Shown here: one piece after another, positions 27,946 through 37,577 of the stretch | How positions within the stretch are numbered: the first letter of the stretch is position 1 | Layout of the letters: each line of letters opens with the position of its first letter | Virus record (IMG/VR): IMGVR_UViG_3300022200_000019 | Span: 148,918-212,917 of that record | Reading direction: 5' to 3' (one strand) | DNA length: 64,000 nt | Notes under the pieces: model-generated | Told to the model about the DNA's origin: nothing | What the model saw: the letters and a program-made list of their open reading frames with translations, nothing else | Database searches by the model: none | Made by a program: the position numbers and the translations under genes

Positions 27946-30174
27946 ATGAACTTAAATGACATCCTCAACGAAAAAATTAAGAAAGTACATGGTAAGTGGG
28001 CCCTGGTAAGCAAAAGCGATCCGGATAAAGTCTTACAATATTATCATGGCAAAGACCATCCTAGCAAAGAATGGGAAAAGAAAGTTGAGCGTCGTGTTCA
28101 TGCATTCTCAGAAGCAGAAAGTTTAGACAAAACCATTGATAGAATGCGTAACTTAGATATCGATGATATCGAACACCTGAAGCGTTATTCAAACCCACAA
28201 TTAAAAGATTGGTTAAAACGCTTAACAGCAGCAAATAAAAACAATATTGGTTCAGCACTTAATACATTAGACACTATGGGTCCTATTGCTAAACCATTTG
28301 CTAAGTCATTTGTACAAAAGCAATTTCCAGGCATCGACGATACAGAGTTTGACCAAGCCTGGAAGTTCTGGCAAGAAACTGATCCAGCAACTCGTTCAGC
28401 AGTTACTAAAGGTGACTTGACTACGCTTGATCCAAGAGACGAACATGGCTTTGTTAAAGAAGCCAATAATGACATAGTAGCGAACAGTATCAATGAATAC
28501 AATACCGACGGCATTGATCCAGGAAACGATGAACTATTTGTGCCTATGGGTCTGCTCAACCGTTTTGAAGATAATGGGTGGTATGCATTTGACGGCGGTC
28601 GAGATCAAGCGGTGTTAGCCAAACGCAACATACCTTATGTGCTGAAAATTGTAGGTCAAGGATCGCACAACAGAATTGACGCAGTTCGCCAGTATGTTGA
28701 TTTCTTTCGTCGCAATCAACATAATCCACATTTTCCCAAAGTGGGTAGTGATAAAACACTAACCTGGGAAGGCAAAAAATACTATGCTTACGCTCAAGAA
28801 AAACTTATAGATTTACCGGGTGATGCGGTGATGGATTATCTCGAAGATACTATGCAATCATTTGGTCACAGCGGAAAACAGCCTAACTTTGACAAAATAC
28901 CCCAGGGGCTGTCAGCAAAGCAAGTTAAAGGTTTAATGAATGCTATTAGTGAGTTGCTTGCATCGGGCATAGGCAATAATCGTGCGTTTGATTTGGGTAA
29001 TGTCCTGAATATTATGAAACGAAAAAATGGACAGCTAGTGATTGTTGATCCATTTAGTTCTCACGATCGTTTAGATCCTAGCGAAGAATACGTGAGCGAA
29101 ACAGATGATTATGATGCTTGGTTAGAAAAAGCCAAAAAACGTGCAGAAAAGCAAGCAGCAAAAAAACGTGCTGAATTACAGCAAGTAATGAAGGGCATCG
29201 AAACCGATCCAGAAAAACTAGCATTACAAGGTACAATTCAAGCGGCACGCGGTGAGCTTAGTAAGCGTAAGCGTGAAGCATTGGCTAAGATGGAGCAAAT
29301 GAAACAAATTTACTCTGAGTTTTCTGATGAAGAATTAGATAAAATTATCGGGCGTTATTCAAAAGGTCCAGGTGCTGGTTCAGATTTTGTGGAATGGTTA
29401 AAGTCCATTAAACAAGAACGCGAAGACGAGCGGTCTGGTGTTCAACAACGACAGGATGTATTTAGAAGCGTGGCAGGACCCATGCAAGGCAAACAAAGCC
29501 AAAAGGCTGCACCTGCACAAGGTAAACCATGGACACAGTTAGGTATGACTCGTGATGAATTTAGAAAAATTCTAAACAACCCACAACATCCTCGTCATAG
29601 AGAAATTAAACAATTACACGATCAGTATAAACAAGTCGACGAAGATTTAACTCGCAGAGATTTCTTAAAAGGTGTCGCAGGCGGGGCAATGGCGCTAGGG
29701 GCTATGAAAGCTGCTAAAGCATTAGGATTAAAAGATCCTACCAGATCCACAGACACTGATGATCAGTACCAGAGATTCACAGGCGCAAAACCTGCACCAT
29801 TGTATGCTAAACCAGACCTGGATCCAGAACGTAAATGGAACCGTGTGGGTGTCAATCAACCAGGCGGTCAGTTCAGCATTGTGCTACACAAAGACTTTGA
29901 TTTATATTTGTATTTTGTAACACGTGATTTTTCCACATCGCCCTATGCCTACATAGAATTACAGGATGGTGAAAAATATAAATTCCGCATTCGTACTCTG
30001 AAAAACGATACATTTACCATCGAAGATCCCAGAATGGCAGCAACACTATTGAATTATCAAGGTAAATTCAATCTGTATGTTGGCGATGACGTGTACACAT
30101 TTAACATCATGCCCAGTCAGGAATCCAAAGTATTATATCGCTGGTGGAAAGAAGGCACACATCAGGGATTGTGA
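27946..30174 (+). CDS. Multi-module putative internal protein with kinase-like domain and internal Tat signal
   Basis: MNLNDILNE leader; YVLKIV..FPKV..QEKL..DLGNVLNIM..LVIVDP; EDLTRRDFLKG. Confidence 0.65.
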   Translation: MNLNDILNEKIKKVHGKWALVSKSDPDKVLQYYHGKDHPSKEWEKKVERRVHAFSEAESLDKTIDRMRNLDIDDIEHLKRYSNPQLKDWLKRLTAANKNNIGSALNTLDTMGPIAKPFAKSFVQKQFPGIDDTEFDQAWKFWQETDPATRSAVTKGDLTTLDPRDEHGFVKEANNDIVANSINEYNTDGIDPGNDELFVPMGLLNRFEDNGWYAFDGGRDQAVLAKRNIPYVLKIVGQGSHNRIDAVRQYVDFFRRNQHNPHFPKVGSDKTLTWEGKKYYAYAQEKLIDLPGDAVMDYLEDTMQSFGHSGKQPNFDKIPQGLSAKQVKGLMNAISELLASGIGNNRAFDLGNVLNIMKRKNGQLVIVDPFSSHDRLDPSEEYVSETDDYDAWLEKAKKRAEKQAAKKRAELQQVMKGIETDPEKLALQGTIQAARGELSKRKREALAKMEQMKQIYSEFSDEELDKIIGRYSKGPGAGSDFVEWLKSIKQEREDERSGVQQRQDVFRSVAGPMQGKQSQKAAPAQGKPWTQLGMTRDEFRKILNNPQHPRHREIKQLHDQYKQVDEDLTRRDFLKGVAGGAMALGAMKAAKALGLKDPTRSTDTDDQYQRFTGAKPAPLYAKPDLDPERKWNRVGVNQPGGQFSIVLHKDFDLYLYFVTRDFSTSPYAYIELQDGEKYKFRIRTLKNDTFTIEDPRMAATLLNYQGKFNLYVGDDVYTFNIMPSQESKVLYRWWKEGTHQGL

Positions 30175-30494
30175 CCGTATAGGTCTTGTGTGGACAACAT
30201 CTCCCATTTGTCCCATTCAGGACGCCAGTGATATTTGTATTCTCTGACTTTGCGAACCACCGTGGTAGACACATAATCACGGCAACCGCCAAACGGATCG
30301 CAATGTCTGGCTGATTTATCCTCTATGTGATATTGTTCCACAGGAGATTCATAATCTTTGGCACGATACTGATCCTGGCTGGTCGCCCATTCCCAGATTG
30401 CAGTGCTTGCCAGACTGATGCCCAGCGAATCCAGAAATGCTGGAGCCGCTGGACTATACAGACTAATTGTGGCGATCAGAATCAGCTGGCGCAT
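30162..30494 (-). CDS. Secreted hypothetical protein
   Basis: Signal peptide MRQLILIATISLYSPAAPA; CDPFGGC pair. Confidence 0.6.
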   Translation of the reverse strand: MRQLILIATISLYSPAAPAFLDSLGISLASTAIWEWATSQDQYRAKDYESPVEQYHIEDKSARHCDPFGGCRDYVSTTVVRKVREYKYHWRPEWDKWEMLSTQDLYGHNP

Positions 30495-31063
30495 TAACGA
30501 CGTTCTAGATCTTCAAATGCACGTGCAGCCGCAGATTCATCTGTGACTGTGATGGATTCAGCCACAGCAACTTTTTCGGAAATGCCAAGAGACAGGTTAA
30601 TGTATGCACGATACATGGTTCCTTCCTTGAACACAGCCTTGTTGACTACACGATAACCGTTCACAGGAACATCTTTAAATTCGCTGACAGACACAAACTC
30701 GTTGGTCTGTGTAGAGTCGCTGGTTACGCTCTTGCGATTATCTGCGGTATACTGCTTAAATTTACCTGAAGTAAGAGCAGATACTTTGTCGCCCAGTTTG
30801 ATCTTAGCACTATGCAATGCTTTCTCCATTGCAAATTCCATGTCATCTGCGAGACCAGTTGCAGCAGCATAGATAATGCTACCATCTTCAACACCTGGAT
30901 CCAGATACCATACAGGTACAATTTCCTTCTTTTCAAGTGGCACAACACCAACAACGTCAACACCGCCGACCTTGTCTTCTGCTTCCATTCGTGCTACACT
31001 GCTGTTAGACGCACAACCGCCCACAAAGGCAGCAGCCATAGCAATTACGATTACCTTTTTCAT
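30494..31063 (-). CDS. Lipoprotein (LPP20-like)
   Basis: MKK + hydrophobic stretch + VGGC lipobox; MEKALHSAK..L, YRAYI. Confidence 0.65.
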   Translation of the reverse strand: MKKVIVIAMAAAFVGGCASNSSVARMEAEDKVGGVDVVGVVPLEKKEIVPVWYLDPGVEDGSIIYAAATGLADDMEFAMEKALHSAKIKLGDKVSALTSGKFKQYTADNRKSVTSDSTQTNEFVSVSEFKDVPVNGYRVVNKAVFKEGTMYRAYINLSLGISEKVAVAESITVTDESAAARAFEDLERR

Positions 31064-31212
31064 TTCTTTGTAACTCCAGTAGAGTCAATAATTTGAGACT
31101 TAACAGAATTATAATCTGCTTCGAGTCCCGCCATTGTGCCCTTGAATGGGTTAATACCTGTAGCACAAACAGCAAGAGCAACGGCAAGTACTACAATAAT
31201 CAAAGTTTTCAT
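31060..31212 (-). CDS. Small exported/membrane protein (50 aa, not in ORF track)
   Basis: MKTLIIVVLAVALAVCATGINPF...GVTKK; stop overlaps the next ATG; AGGA upstream. Confidence 0.55.
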   Translation of the reverse strand: MKTLIIVVLAVALAVCATGINPFKGTMAGLEADYNSVKSQIIDSTGVTKK

Positions 31213-31249
31213 AATTAAAATTCATTCCTATATTGCGAAATGTATCTAT

Positions 31250-31277
31250 ATTATACACAATGCTAATCTAATGTCAA
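31250..31277 (-). promoter_or_regulatory. sigma70 promoter of the inverted cassette
   Basis: Minus strand TTGACA-N16-TATAAT. Confidence 0.75.
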
Positions 31278-31304
31278 CCATTAATTTTGTTGCATAAATA
31301 CAAC

Positions 31305-31574
31305 ATGCGTGCCACAGAATTTTTAACAGAATCTTATCCAACAGTAACAATGAATTACCAGCAGTTTCTCGTTGAAGAACCTGTAAAAAGTTCATGGATT
31401 GAAGATTTATCTTATGTTGAATTCAAAGACGGATCTGGTGGTGTAAACATGACCACAAAGGGTGGCCGCACTTATTTTATCGAAGACGTACCATACGAAG
31501 TCTACGAACGCTGGTTAAAAGCTCTTAGCAAAGGCAAATTCTGGTGGTCAGACATCAAATACTTCTATACTTAA
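31305..31574 (+). CDS. KTSC-domain protein with capsid-targeting-like leader
   Basis: MRATEFLTE; VKSSWI..GRTY..DVPYEVYERWLKALSKGKF. Confidence 0.7.
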   Translation: MRATEFLTESYPTVTMNYQQFLVEEPVKSSWIEDLSYVEFKDGSGGVNMTTKGGRTYFIEDVPYEVYERWLKALSKGKFWWSDIKYFYT

Positions 31575-31592
31575 TACCCGCATAAATAGTAG

Positions 31593-32918
31593 ATGCGAGC
31601 AAGAGATTTCATTCTACTAGAATACAAGCACGACGTTACGATGAGAAACTATGGTGAAAAGTTTCGCGATCGCATGCTTGGCGATATGACCATTACTGCT
31701 AGTACTCAGAGTAAACTAGAAGATGCTAAAGCTAAAGGCATAGGTCCGTCCAGTGATACGTTCACTCCAGGCTATCTAAGAAGAATCGAACAATCAGATC
31801 CAACTCCAAATCGAGAATACACACAGTGGATGGTGCGTAGTTATATTAACCGTGTTGTTAATTATTACGAAGACGTATTATCTACACTTGCGGGCTTTGC
31901 TGGTATGTTTAACGAGCTTAAAATACATCGTCGTTTACCAGAAAAATATCGCGACATTAATCAAATCAAAACTCGAGAAATCTTTCGTGATGCTTATCGA
32001 GCAGTTGCTGATCGATATGAAGAATTCCGCGACGAACAGCAAGAACAGAAACCACTAAGCAAAGGCCACGCACAAGAAGTCTACAACGGACCAGAAGTGA
32101 GAATCATCCATCCTGTAGACCAAGCGGCTGCTTGTTACTATGGGCAAGGTACACAGTGGTGTACTGCTAGTACACGCAGCCAAAATTACTTTAATGATTA
32201 CAACAACGAAGGTCCGTTATTAATACTAATTCCCAAGAAGCCAGCGCATGAAGGCGAGAAATATCAATTACATGCTGCTAGCGAACAAGTTATGGACGAG
32301 CATGACAGTTCTGTTCCAATGGGTCACGTAGTAAGTAGATTCCCCAATACCAATCTTGGAGAGATTCTAATTAAATTTGATCCTGAATGGAAAGACTTTG
32401 CAGAACTAATGCATCCAGATGATCTTAAACGAATTGTTCGTTTGTATAACCAAAGACTTGTAAACTTTAACAAATGGATCTTGGATCAATACACCCAAAA
32501 CAGCTCAATGTCAAAACAGCAACAACAAGAACTAAAAGCTGCTGCGGAACGTGCTGGTTGGCCAAACGCTGGTACATTCACATACGATCAGTTTGCTGAA
32601 TATCTACGTACTGGATCTATCCATTCTAAGGAACGTTTTATAAGAACACTAGTTGATCTATCTTATGATTTATTAATCCCGCATTTAAGAAGCAATGACG
32701 CTCTTGAGCAGTTTGACAAGACTCCTAGAGATGTTTTAAATACTCAAGGAATGGTAGGATTAAGCAAAAGAAACTTTGTTCAAACATGGACAGTATTATT
32801 AAATGACTGGAGAATTCGGTTTAGTGATGAAGATCCAGATTGGGCAACATATGTTGGGCCTACTAACAACAGCATGTATAATAACGCAGTAGGGTATACC
32901 GATTGGAGTAGCCGATGA
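31593..32918 (+). CDS. WCTA-motif family paralogue 1
   Basis: MRARDFILLEYKHD; DPTPNREY; AACYYGQGTQWCTA; EGEKYQLH. Confidence 0.8.
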   Translation: MRARDFILLEYKHDVTMRNYGEKFRDRMLGDMTITASTQSKLEDAKAKGIGPSSDTFTPGYLRRIEQSDPTPNREYTQWMVRSYINRVVNYYEDVLSTLAGFAGMFNELKIHRRLPEKYRDINQIKTREIFRDAYRAVADRYEEFRDEQQEQKPLSKGHAQEVYNGPEVRIIHPVDQAAACYYGQGTQWCTASTRSQNYFNDYNNEGPLLILIPKKPAHEGEKYQLHAASEQVMDEHDSSVPMGHVVSRFPNTNLGEILIKFDPEWKDFAELMHPDDLKRIVRLYNQRLVNFNKWILDQYTQNSSMSKQQQQELKAAAERAGWPNAGTFTYDQFAEYLRTGSIHSKERFIRTLVDLSYDLLIPHLRSNDALEQFDKTPRDVLNTQGMVGLSKRNFVQTWTVLLNDWRIRFSDEDPDWATYVGPTNNSMYNNAVGYTDWSSR

Positions 32919-34249
32919 GAGCTCGTGAATTTATCGTAGAATATAAACGCGACATTACCATGAAAAACTGGTACGACAAGATCTTACGGCAACAAATGGT
33001 CGATAAAACCTACACCACACACGCTCAAAATGAAATCAGAGATTGGCTGGAAAAACGTGCTCGAGGAGAACTAACTCAACTTGAACAAGAGTTGTTAGAT
33101 CAATCAGTCGAAATGATAGTAAGACAATTTGAATCTGCAGATCCAAGTCCAAACAAACAGTATGTACAATGGATGTTGCGTATTTGGACCAATCCAAATG
33201 GTGTTGGCAGAATCGAAGATGTTACGTCCACAACAGCAGAAATGCTACACAAGTACCACGAACTAAAACAACGCAATCGTTTGCCTATTGACATTCGCGA
33301 CATTAACCAGGTTAAGGATATGCGAACACTGGAAAAGTTGCACGATGATGTGGATCGTTTATATGCATTACTAGATAAAGATAAAATAGCAGCAATGCCA
33401 AAAGGCTCTGCTCGTGAAGTATATAACGGACCAGATTTTAGACTTATCGTTCCAGAAGATGAAGCAGCCGCTTGTTATTATGGCCAAGGAACACGCTGGT
33501 GTACGGCAGCAACCAAGGGTCATAATATGTTTGATCACTATAGTAAGGCTGGCCCTATCTACATTCTCATTCCTAAAAAGCCAGAGTATGAAGGTGAAAA
33601 ATATCAATTACACGGCGCATCACGCCAATCAATGGATGAACGAGATCAGCCATACTATATTGGTAATTTACTTGGCAGATTCCCTGAGCTAAAAGAAATA
33701 TTATTTTCTACTGATGATTTTTATAGTTGGGTTGAGATAATGCCGGATGCTTTTGTTGAGGATGGCGTTGCTACCTGGAATGCGTATGCTGCGAAACATT
33801 TTAAAGAATGGGGTCTAACACAAGTATTGACTGGTTGGACGCGAACTGCTAAGAATCGCGGCGAGATTGTGGATGTACAAAAAACCTGGGAAAAGGTTAG
33901 AAAAGTATTGCTTGACTTGCTAGCAAATAGCGAAGTTTCAGTAGCAGACTTTTATGATGCTGCTACACAGACGCACATCAAAGGCGATACTGGTGCTACA
34001 GATGCTGAAAATGAGTTTGCTCGAATACTTTCATATGCGTGGAAGTATAACCTGATAGAAGCGTTAAAAGCCGGTTATCTGGGTGTGAATGCTAAGGTTA
34101 GTTTAGAACATCCTGAATGGGATATTACAGTTCGTGTAATAGATTCTGAAGCGAACGCCTGGAAAGATTCCACTGCCGAGTGGAGCAATGACGAGGGCTG
34201 GGAATTCTCCATTAATGATCCCGAAGATACTCGCTACAATGAGGACTAA
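32915..34249 (+). CDS. WCTA-motif family paralogue 2
   Basis: MRAREFIVEYKRD; DPSPNKQY; AACYYGQGTRWCTA; EGEKYQLH. Confidence 0.8.
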   Translation: MRAREFIVEYKRDITMKNWYDKILRQQMVDKTYTTHAQNEIRDWLEKRARGELTQLEQELLDQSVEMIVRQFESADPSPNKQYVQWMLRIWTNPNGVGRIEDVTSTTAEMLHKYHELKQRNRLPIDIRDINQVKDMRTLEKLHDDVDRLYALLDKDKIAAMPKGSAREVYNGPDFRLIVPEDEAAACYYGQGTRWCTAATKGHNMFDHYSKAGPIYILIPKKPEYEGEKYQLHGASRQSMDERDQPYYIGNLLGRFPELKEILFSTDDFYSWVEIMPDAFVEDGVATWNAYAAKHFKEWGLTQVLTGWTRTAKNRGEIVDVQKTWEKVRKVLLDLLANSEVSVADFYDAATQTHIKGDTGATDAENEFARILSYAWKYNLIEALKAGYLGVNAKVSLEHPEWDITVRVIDSEANAWKDSTAEWSNDEGWEFSINDPEDTRYNED

Positions 34250-34251
34250 AT

Positions 34252-35568
34252 GTGAGAGCCAAAGAGTTTTTATTAGAATATAACAGAGACATCACCAAAA
34301 AGAACTATGGTGACAAGATTGTTCTGCGCTGGGGCGTGGGAGCTGTTAGCAGTGGATTAAGCATTCGCCGTGTACACGACAAGATTCTTGCTGGCGAACC
34401 ATTGGATGCCAACGAACAAAATGTTTATGATGAAGCAGTTGCTAACATTATTAACAAAGCAGAAATTGCTGACCCAACTCCAAACAAACAATATGTACAG
34501 TGGCTTGTTCGTGCGTGGATCAATAAACTGCTAAGACTTGCTGAAGATATTCTTTCATCAGGCAGTGAGTTTGTTAAAATGTGGCACGAGTTAAAAACTC
34601 ACCGTATGCTACCGCCAAATTACACAGACATTAACAGAATTAAAACACCGAGCGATTGGAATCAGGCCTGGGTGGATATTCGAGCAGCATACGAAAACTT
34701 CAAACCCAAGAAGCCAATGCCCAAAGGCAAGGCACGTGAACTGTTAAACAATGCGGAAGTAAGAATCGTTCGCCCAGAAAATGAAGCAGCGGCTTGCTAT
34801 TACGGACAAGGCACACAGTGGTGTACGGCTGCTACAGAAACACGCAACTTGTTTGATCATTATCACAAAGATGGCGATCTAAGTATCTTTATTCCTAAGA
34901 ATCCACGGTACGAAGGTGAAAAATATCAACTGTGGGTCAATAACGACACTGGTGGATATCAGTTAATGAACGAACAAGACGATCCACTTGAATACGGCCT
35001 AGAAGAACTAACAGACAGATTTAATACATTAACTTATGAGATTTTAGAAAAACTACATCCAGCACTAATGAAACATCCTGAATTTAACACTGAAGAATTT
35101 GAGTCAGTTAAACGGCAAATTGCTGTTAACCTATTCAAAAATGGATACTTCAAATTAGCATATAGCGATCTAATTAATATGCTTGATGATTCATTTGACG
35201 AATACGACAAAGATTCCATTAATTATATGAAAGAAATGTTTATGGAAATGGAAGCTGAAGTGTTGCGAGCTATTAACAATGTTGGATACGATGAACTCGC
35301 ATTTAATGATCCTGGTGTAACATTCCCTGAGTTACCCAATGCTGTATTTAGATGGCTTGAATACATGACTGATGACACCAACATGTGGGGCGATTGGGCT
35401 GACGACGAATATATGGTAGGCTTTATCAGCAACATTGAAGCCTGGTTTAACAGACAAACAAATTGGGACAAGCGTAATCAGAATCAAACTCTGATACCGT
35501 ACTACAGCATCAAACAAGACGAAAAAACTGGAAAGTGGGAAGTAGAGTACGAAGGCCCGTGGACATGA
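34252..35568 (+). CDS. WCTA-motif family paralogue 3
   Basis: GTG start, RAKEFLLEYNRD; DPTPNKQY; AACYYGQGTQWCTA; EGEKYQLW. Confidence 0.8.
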   Translation: MRAKEFLLEYNRDITKKNYGDKIVLRWGVGAVSSGLSIRRVHDKILAGEPLDANEQNVYDEAVANIINKAEIADPTPNKQYVQWLVRAWINKLLRLAEDILSSGSEFVKMWHELKTHRMLPPNYTDINRIKTPSDWNQAWVDIRAAYENFKPKKPMPKGKARELLNNAEVRIVRPENEAAACYYGQGTQWCTAATETRNLFDHYHKDGDLSIFIPKNPRYEGEKYQLWVNNDTGGYQLMNEQDDPLEYGLEELTDRFNTLTYEILEKLHPALMKHPEFNTEEFESVKRQIAVNLFKNGYFKLAYSDLINMLDDSFDEYDKDSINYMKEMFMEMEAEVLRAINNVGYDELAFNDPGVTFPELPNAVFRWLEYMTDDTNMWGDWADDEYMVGFISNIEAWFNRQTNWDKRNQNQTLIPYYSIKQDEKTGKWEVEYEGPWT

Positions 35569-36968
35569 GAGCAAACGATTTAATTTTTGAATACAAGCGT
35601 GACGTAACCGTAAAGAATTATACTGACAGACTGATTGATCGTATGATCAGCGATGGCAGTGTCGAACGTATGACGTTTGGCGGCAATGGATGGGGTTACA
35701 CCACAGATGATATGTTTGATATGGTTCGCGGCATTCAGTGGCAGAATCAACCGCCGTTGACTCCAGAAAAAGTAGAAGCAGCCAAGGAAATATTTGCGAG
35801 AGGTGCTATTACACAAATTGAGCAAGCAGATCCTACCAGTAAAAAAGCCTACACAGAATGGTTGGTAATGGCATATATCAACAGTATATTTGTGCGTTGG
35901 GAAGACATATTCTCAACTGGAACTGATTTCTTAGCAATGTATAACGACCTAAAGCAACGCAACTTATTTAATAAAGTCGATACTCTTAAAGCAGTATCAA
36001 ACATTAAACAAATCAACAATCGCGAAAGATTTAGATGGGCATATACTACAATTTCAAACGCACACGATTTTTATCTCGGTCAAACCACAGACATTGATCG
36101 CGGCGATGCTGAAGAAATCCACAACGGACCAGAAGTTCGTGTACTAAAAGTAAACGATCAAAAAGCAGCGTGTTATTATGGACGCGGCACAGAATGGTGT
36201 ACAGCAGCAACACGTTCTCGCAATATGTTTGATCACTATAACCGTACTGGAAACATATACATATTCATTCCTAAAAAGCCACAGCACGACGGTGAAAAAT
36301 ATCAGTTCTGGGCAGGCGACGATGGGCGCAACGTTGATATTCAACTAATGGACGAACACGACGAGCCAGTAGATTTTGAAACCTGGGACAATCGTTTTCC
36401 AGGATTGGGCATCAAATACTTGTATGATCTTGAACCTAAGGTATTGAGTCAGTTTGTTATGTTTAACCGAAAGCGATTTGATTATATCATAGCCGAAGTT
36501 GTTGAACTTTTACAAAACAACTGGAAATGGGATGTCGTTGCTGACTGGGAGCATGACGATGATTATTATTGGCAATGGTTGCGTGACGAAGGTTACATAG
36601 ATGACGAAGGCGACTTTGATGATGATAAAATGGAAAAAGACGGCATAAACTATCTAGAGTTTAACGACGATTTGCGCCGAGGACTAAACGACGTGTTTGA
36701 CGCTTTTGAAGAACTTACACCGTCAGAACTCAATAATTTTTATAGTGATGACAATGGTGGACCATTGGACTTCTACCGTATGATTGATACCTTAGGTGAC
36801 TGGATAGAAGATCAAGCCGGCAGTCACTATGAAAGTTTATTCAAAGATGCCGGTAATTTCATTGCCAATAATATTGGCAGTTACTCAGATAAGGAAGGTA
36901 ACTTTAAGGTAGATCATGTTGCTAATATTCGCGGTACACCTTATCTAGCGCATCCAGCTAGACGATAA
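35565..36968 (+). CDS. WCTA-motif family paralogue 4
   Basis: Start 35565 MRANDLIFEYKRD; DPTSKKAY; AACYYGRGTEWCTA; DGEKYQFW. Confidence 0.8.
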   Translation: MRANDLIFEYKRDVTVKNYTDRLIDRMISDGSVERMTFGGNGWGYTTDDMFDMVRGIQWQNQPPLTPEKVEAAKEIFARGAITQIEQADPTSKKAYTEWLVMAYINSIFVRWEDIFSTGTDFLAMYNDLKQRNLFNKVDTLKAVSNIKQINNRERFRWAYTTISNAHDFYLGQTTDIDRGDAEEIHNGPEVRVLKVNDQKAACYYGRGTEWCTAATRSRNMFDHYNRTGNIYIFIPKKPQHDGEKYQFWAGDDGRNVDIQLMDEHDEPVDFETWDNRFPGLGIKYLYDLEPKVLSQFVMFNRKRFDYIIAEVVELLQNNWKWDVVADWEHDDDYYWQWLRDEGYIDDEGDFDDDKMEKDGINYLEFNDDLRRGLNDVFDAFEELTPSELNNFYSDDNGGPLDFYRMIDTLGDWIEDQAGSHYESLFKDAGNFIANNIGSYSDKEGNFKVDHVANIRGTPYLAHPARR

Positions 36969-36998
36969 ACTAAATACTATATCAAAGAGAAAAATATC

Positions 36999-37577
36999 AT
37001 GAACTTATCCGAAGAACTCAGAAAATATGCCAATATCTTAAATGAAGAACGCACAGACGAATACTTTGATTATGGCGACGATGCCGATACCAGCAATGAA
37101 CCAGCAGGTATGCCGTTTTATAAACTGCCTGCAAAAAGTTCAGCAGTAAAAATCACAAATAAAGCGCACCAAGCCGGACTAAACACAGTTGAGTTTCAAG
37201 GACAATATCTGAGTGTTTCGCCTAACCAAGCCGATCGGCTGGAAGAACTAATGCGTGCCATGCGCATGCAGTTTACGCCGGTAACGGGTGTTCCTGATTG
37301 GGGTGCAGATGATTCACATCTAAGTCGCAAAGAACGTGCTCGTGGCATGCCATATAAATTTAGCGAAAACAAATCGGTAATTCGTAAAAGATTTCCCAAA
37401 TTAGAAAAAGCAATTATTCAAGATCAAGATCCAGAGTTGGCATCTCTGTATGCCATAAAGGTAATCGGAGGCAGATGGCCCGAAGCAGAACCAGTGATTG
37501 CCAAAGATTCAGAGTCGGCATCTCTGTATGCCCGATATATACTCAAAGGTCCTTGGCCCGAAGCAGGGATCAAATGA
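36999..37577 (+). CDS. Putative internal protein with duplicated ASLYA..WPEA unit
   Basis: ILNEE leader; GCATCTCTGTATGCC occurs twice, 78 nt apart. Confidence 0.6.
   Translation: MNLSEELRKYANILNEERTDEYFDYGDDADTSNEPAGMPFYKLPAKSSAVKITNKAHQAGLNTVEFQGQYLSVSPNQADRLEELMRAMRMQFTPVTGVPDWGADDSHLSRKERARGMPYKFSENKSVIRKRFPKLEKAIIQDQDPELASLYAIKVIGGRWPEAEPVIAKDSESASLYARYILKGPWPEAGIK

Noticed and set aside
31593-36968. Diversity-generating retroelement explaining the variable paralogues
   Set aside because: No reverse transcriptase in the window and no near-identical template/variable repeat pair differing at adenines; divergence is old and synonymous.
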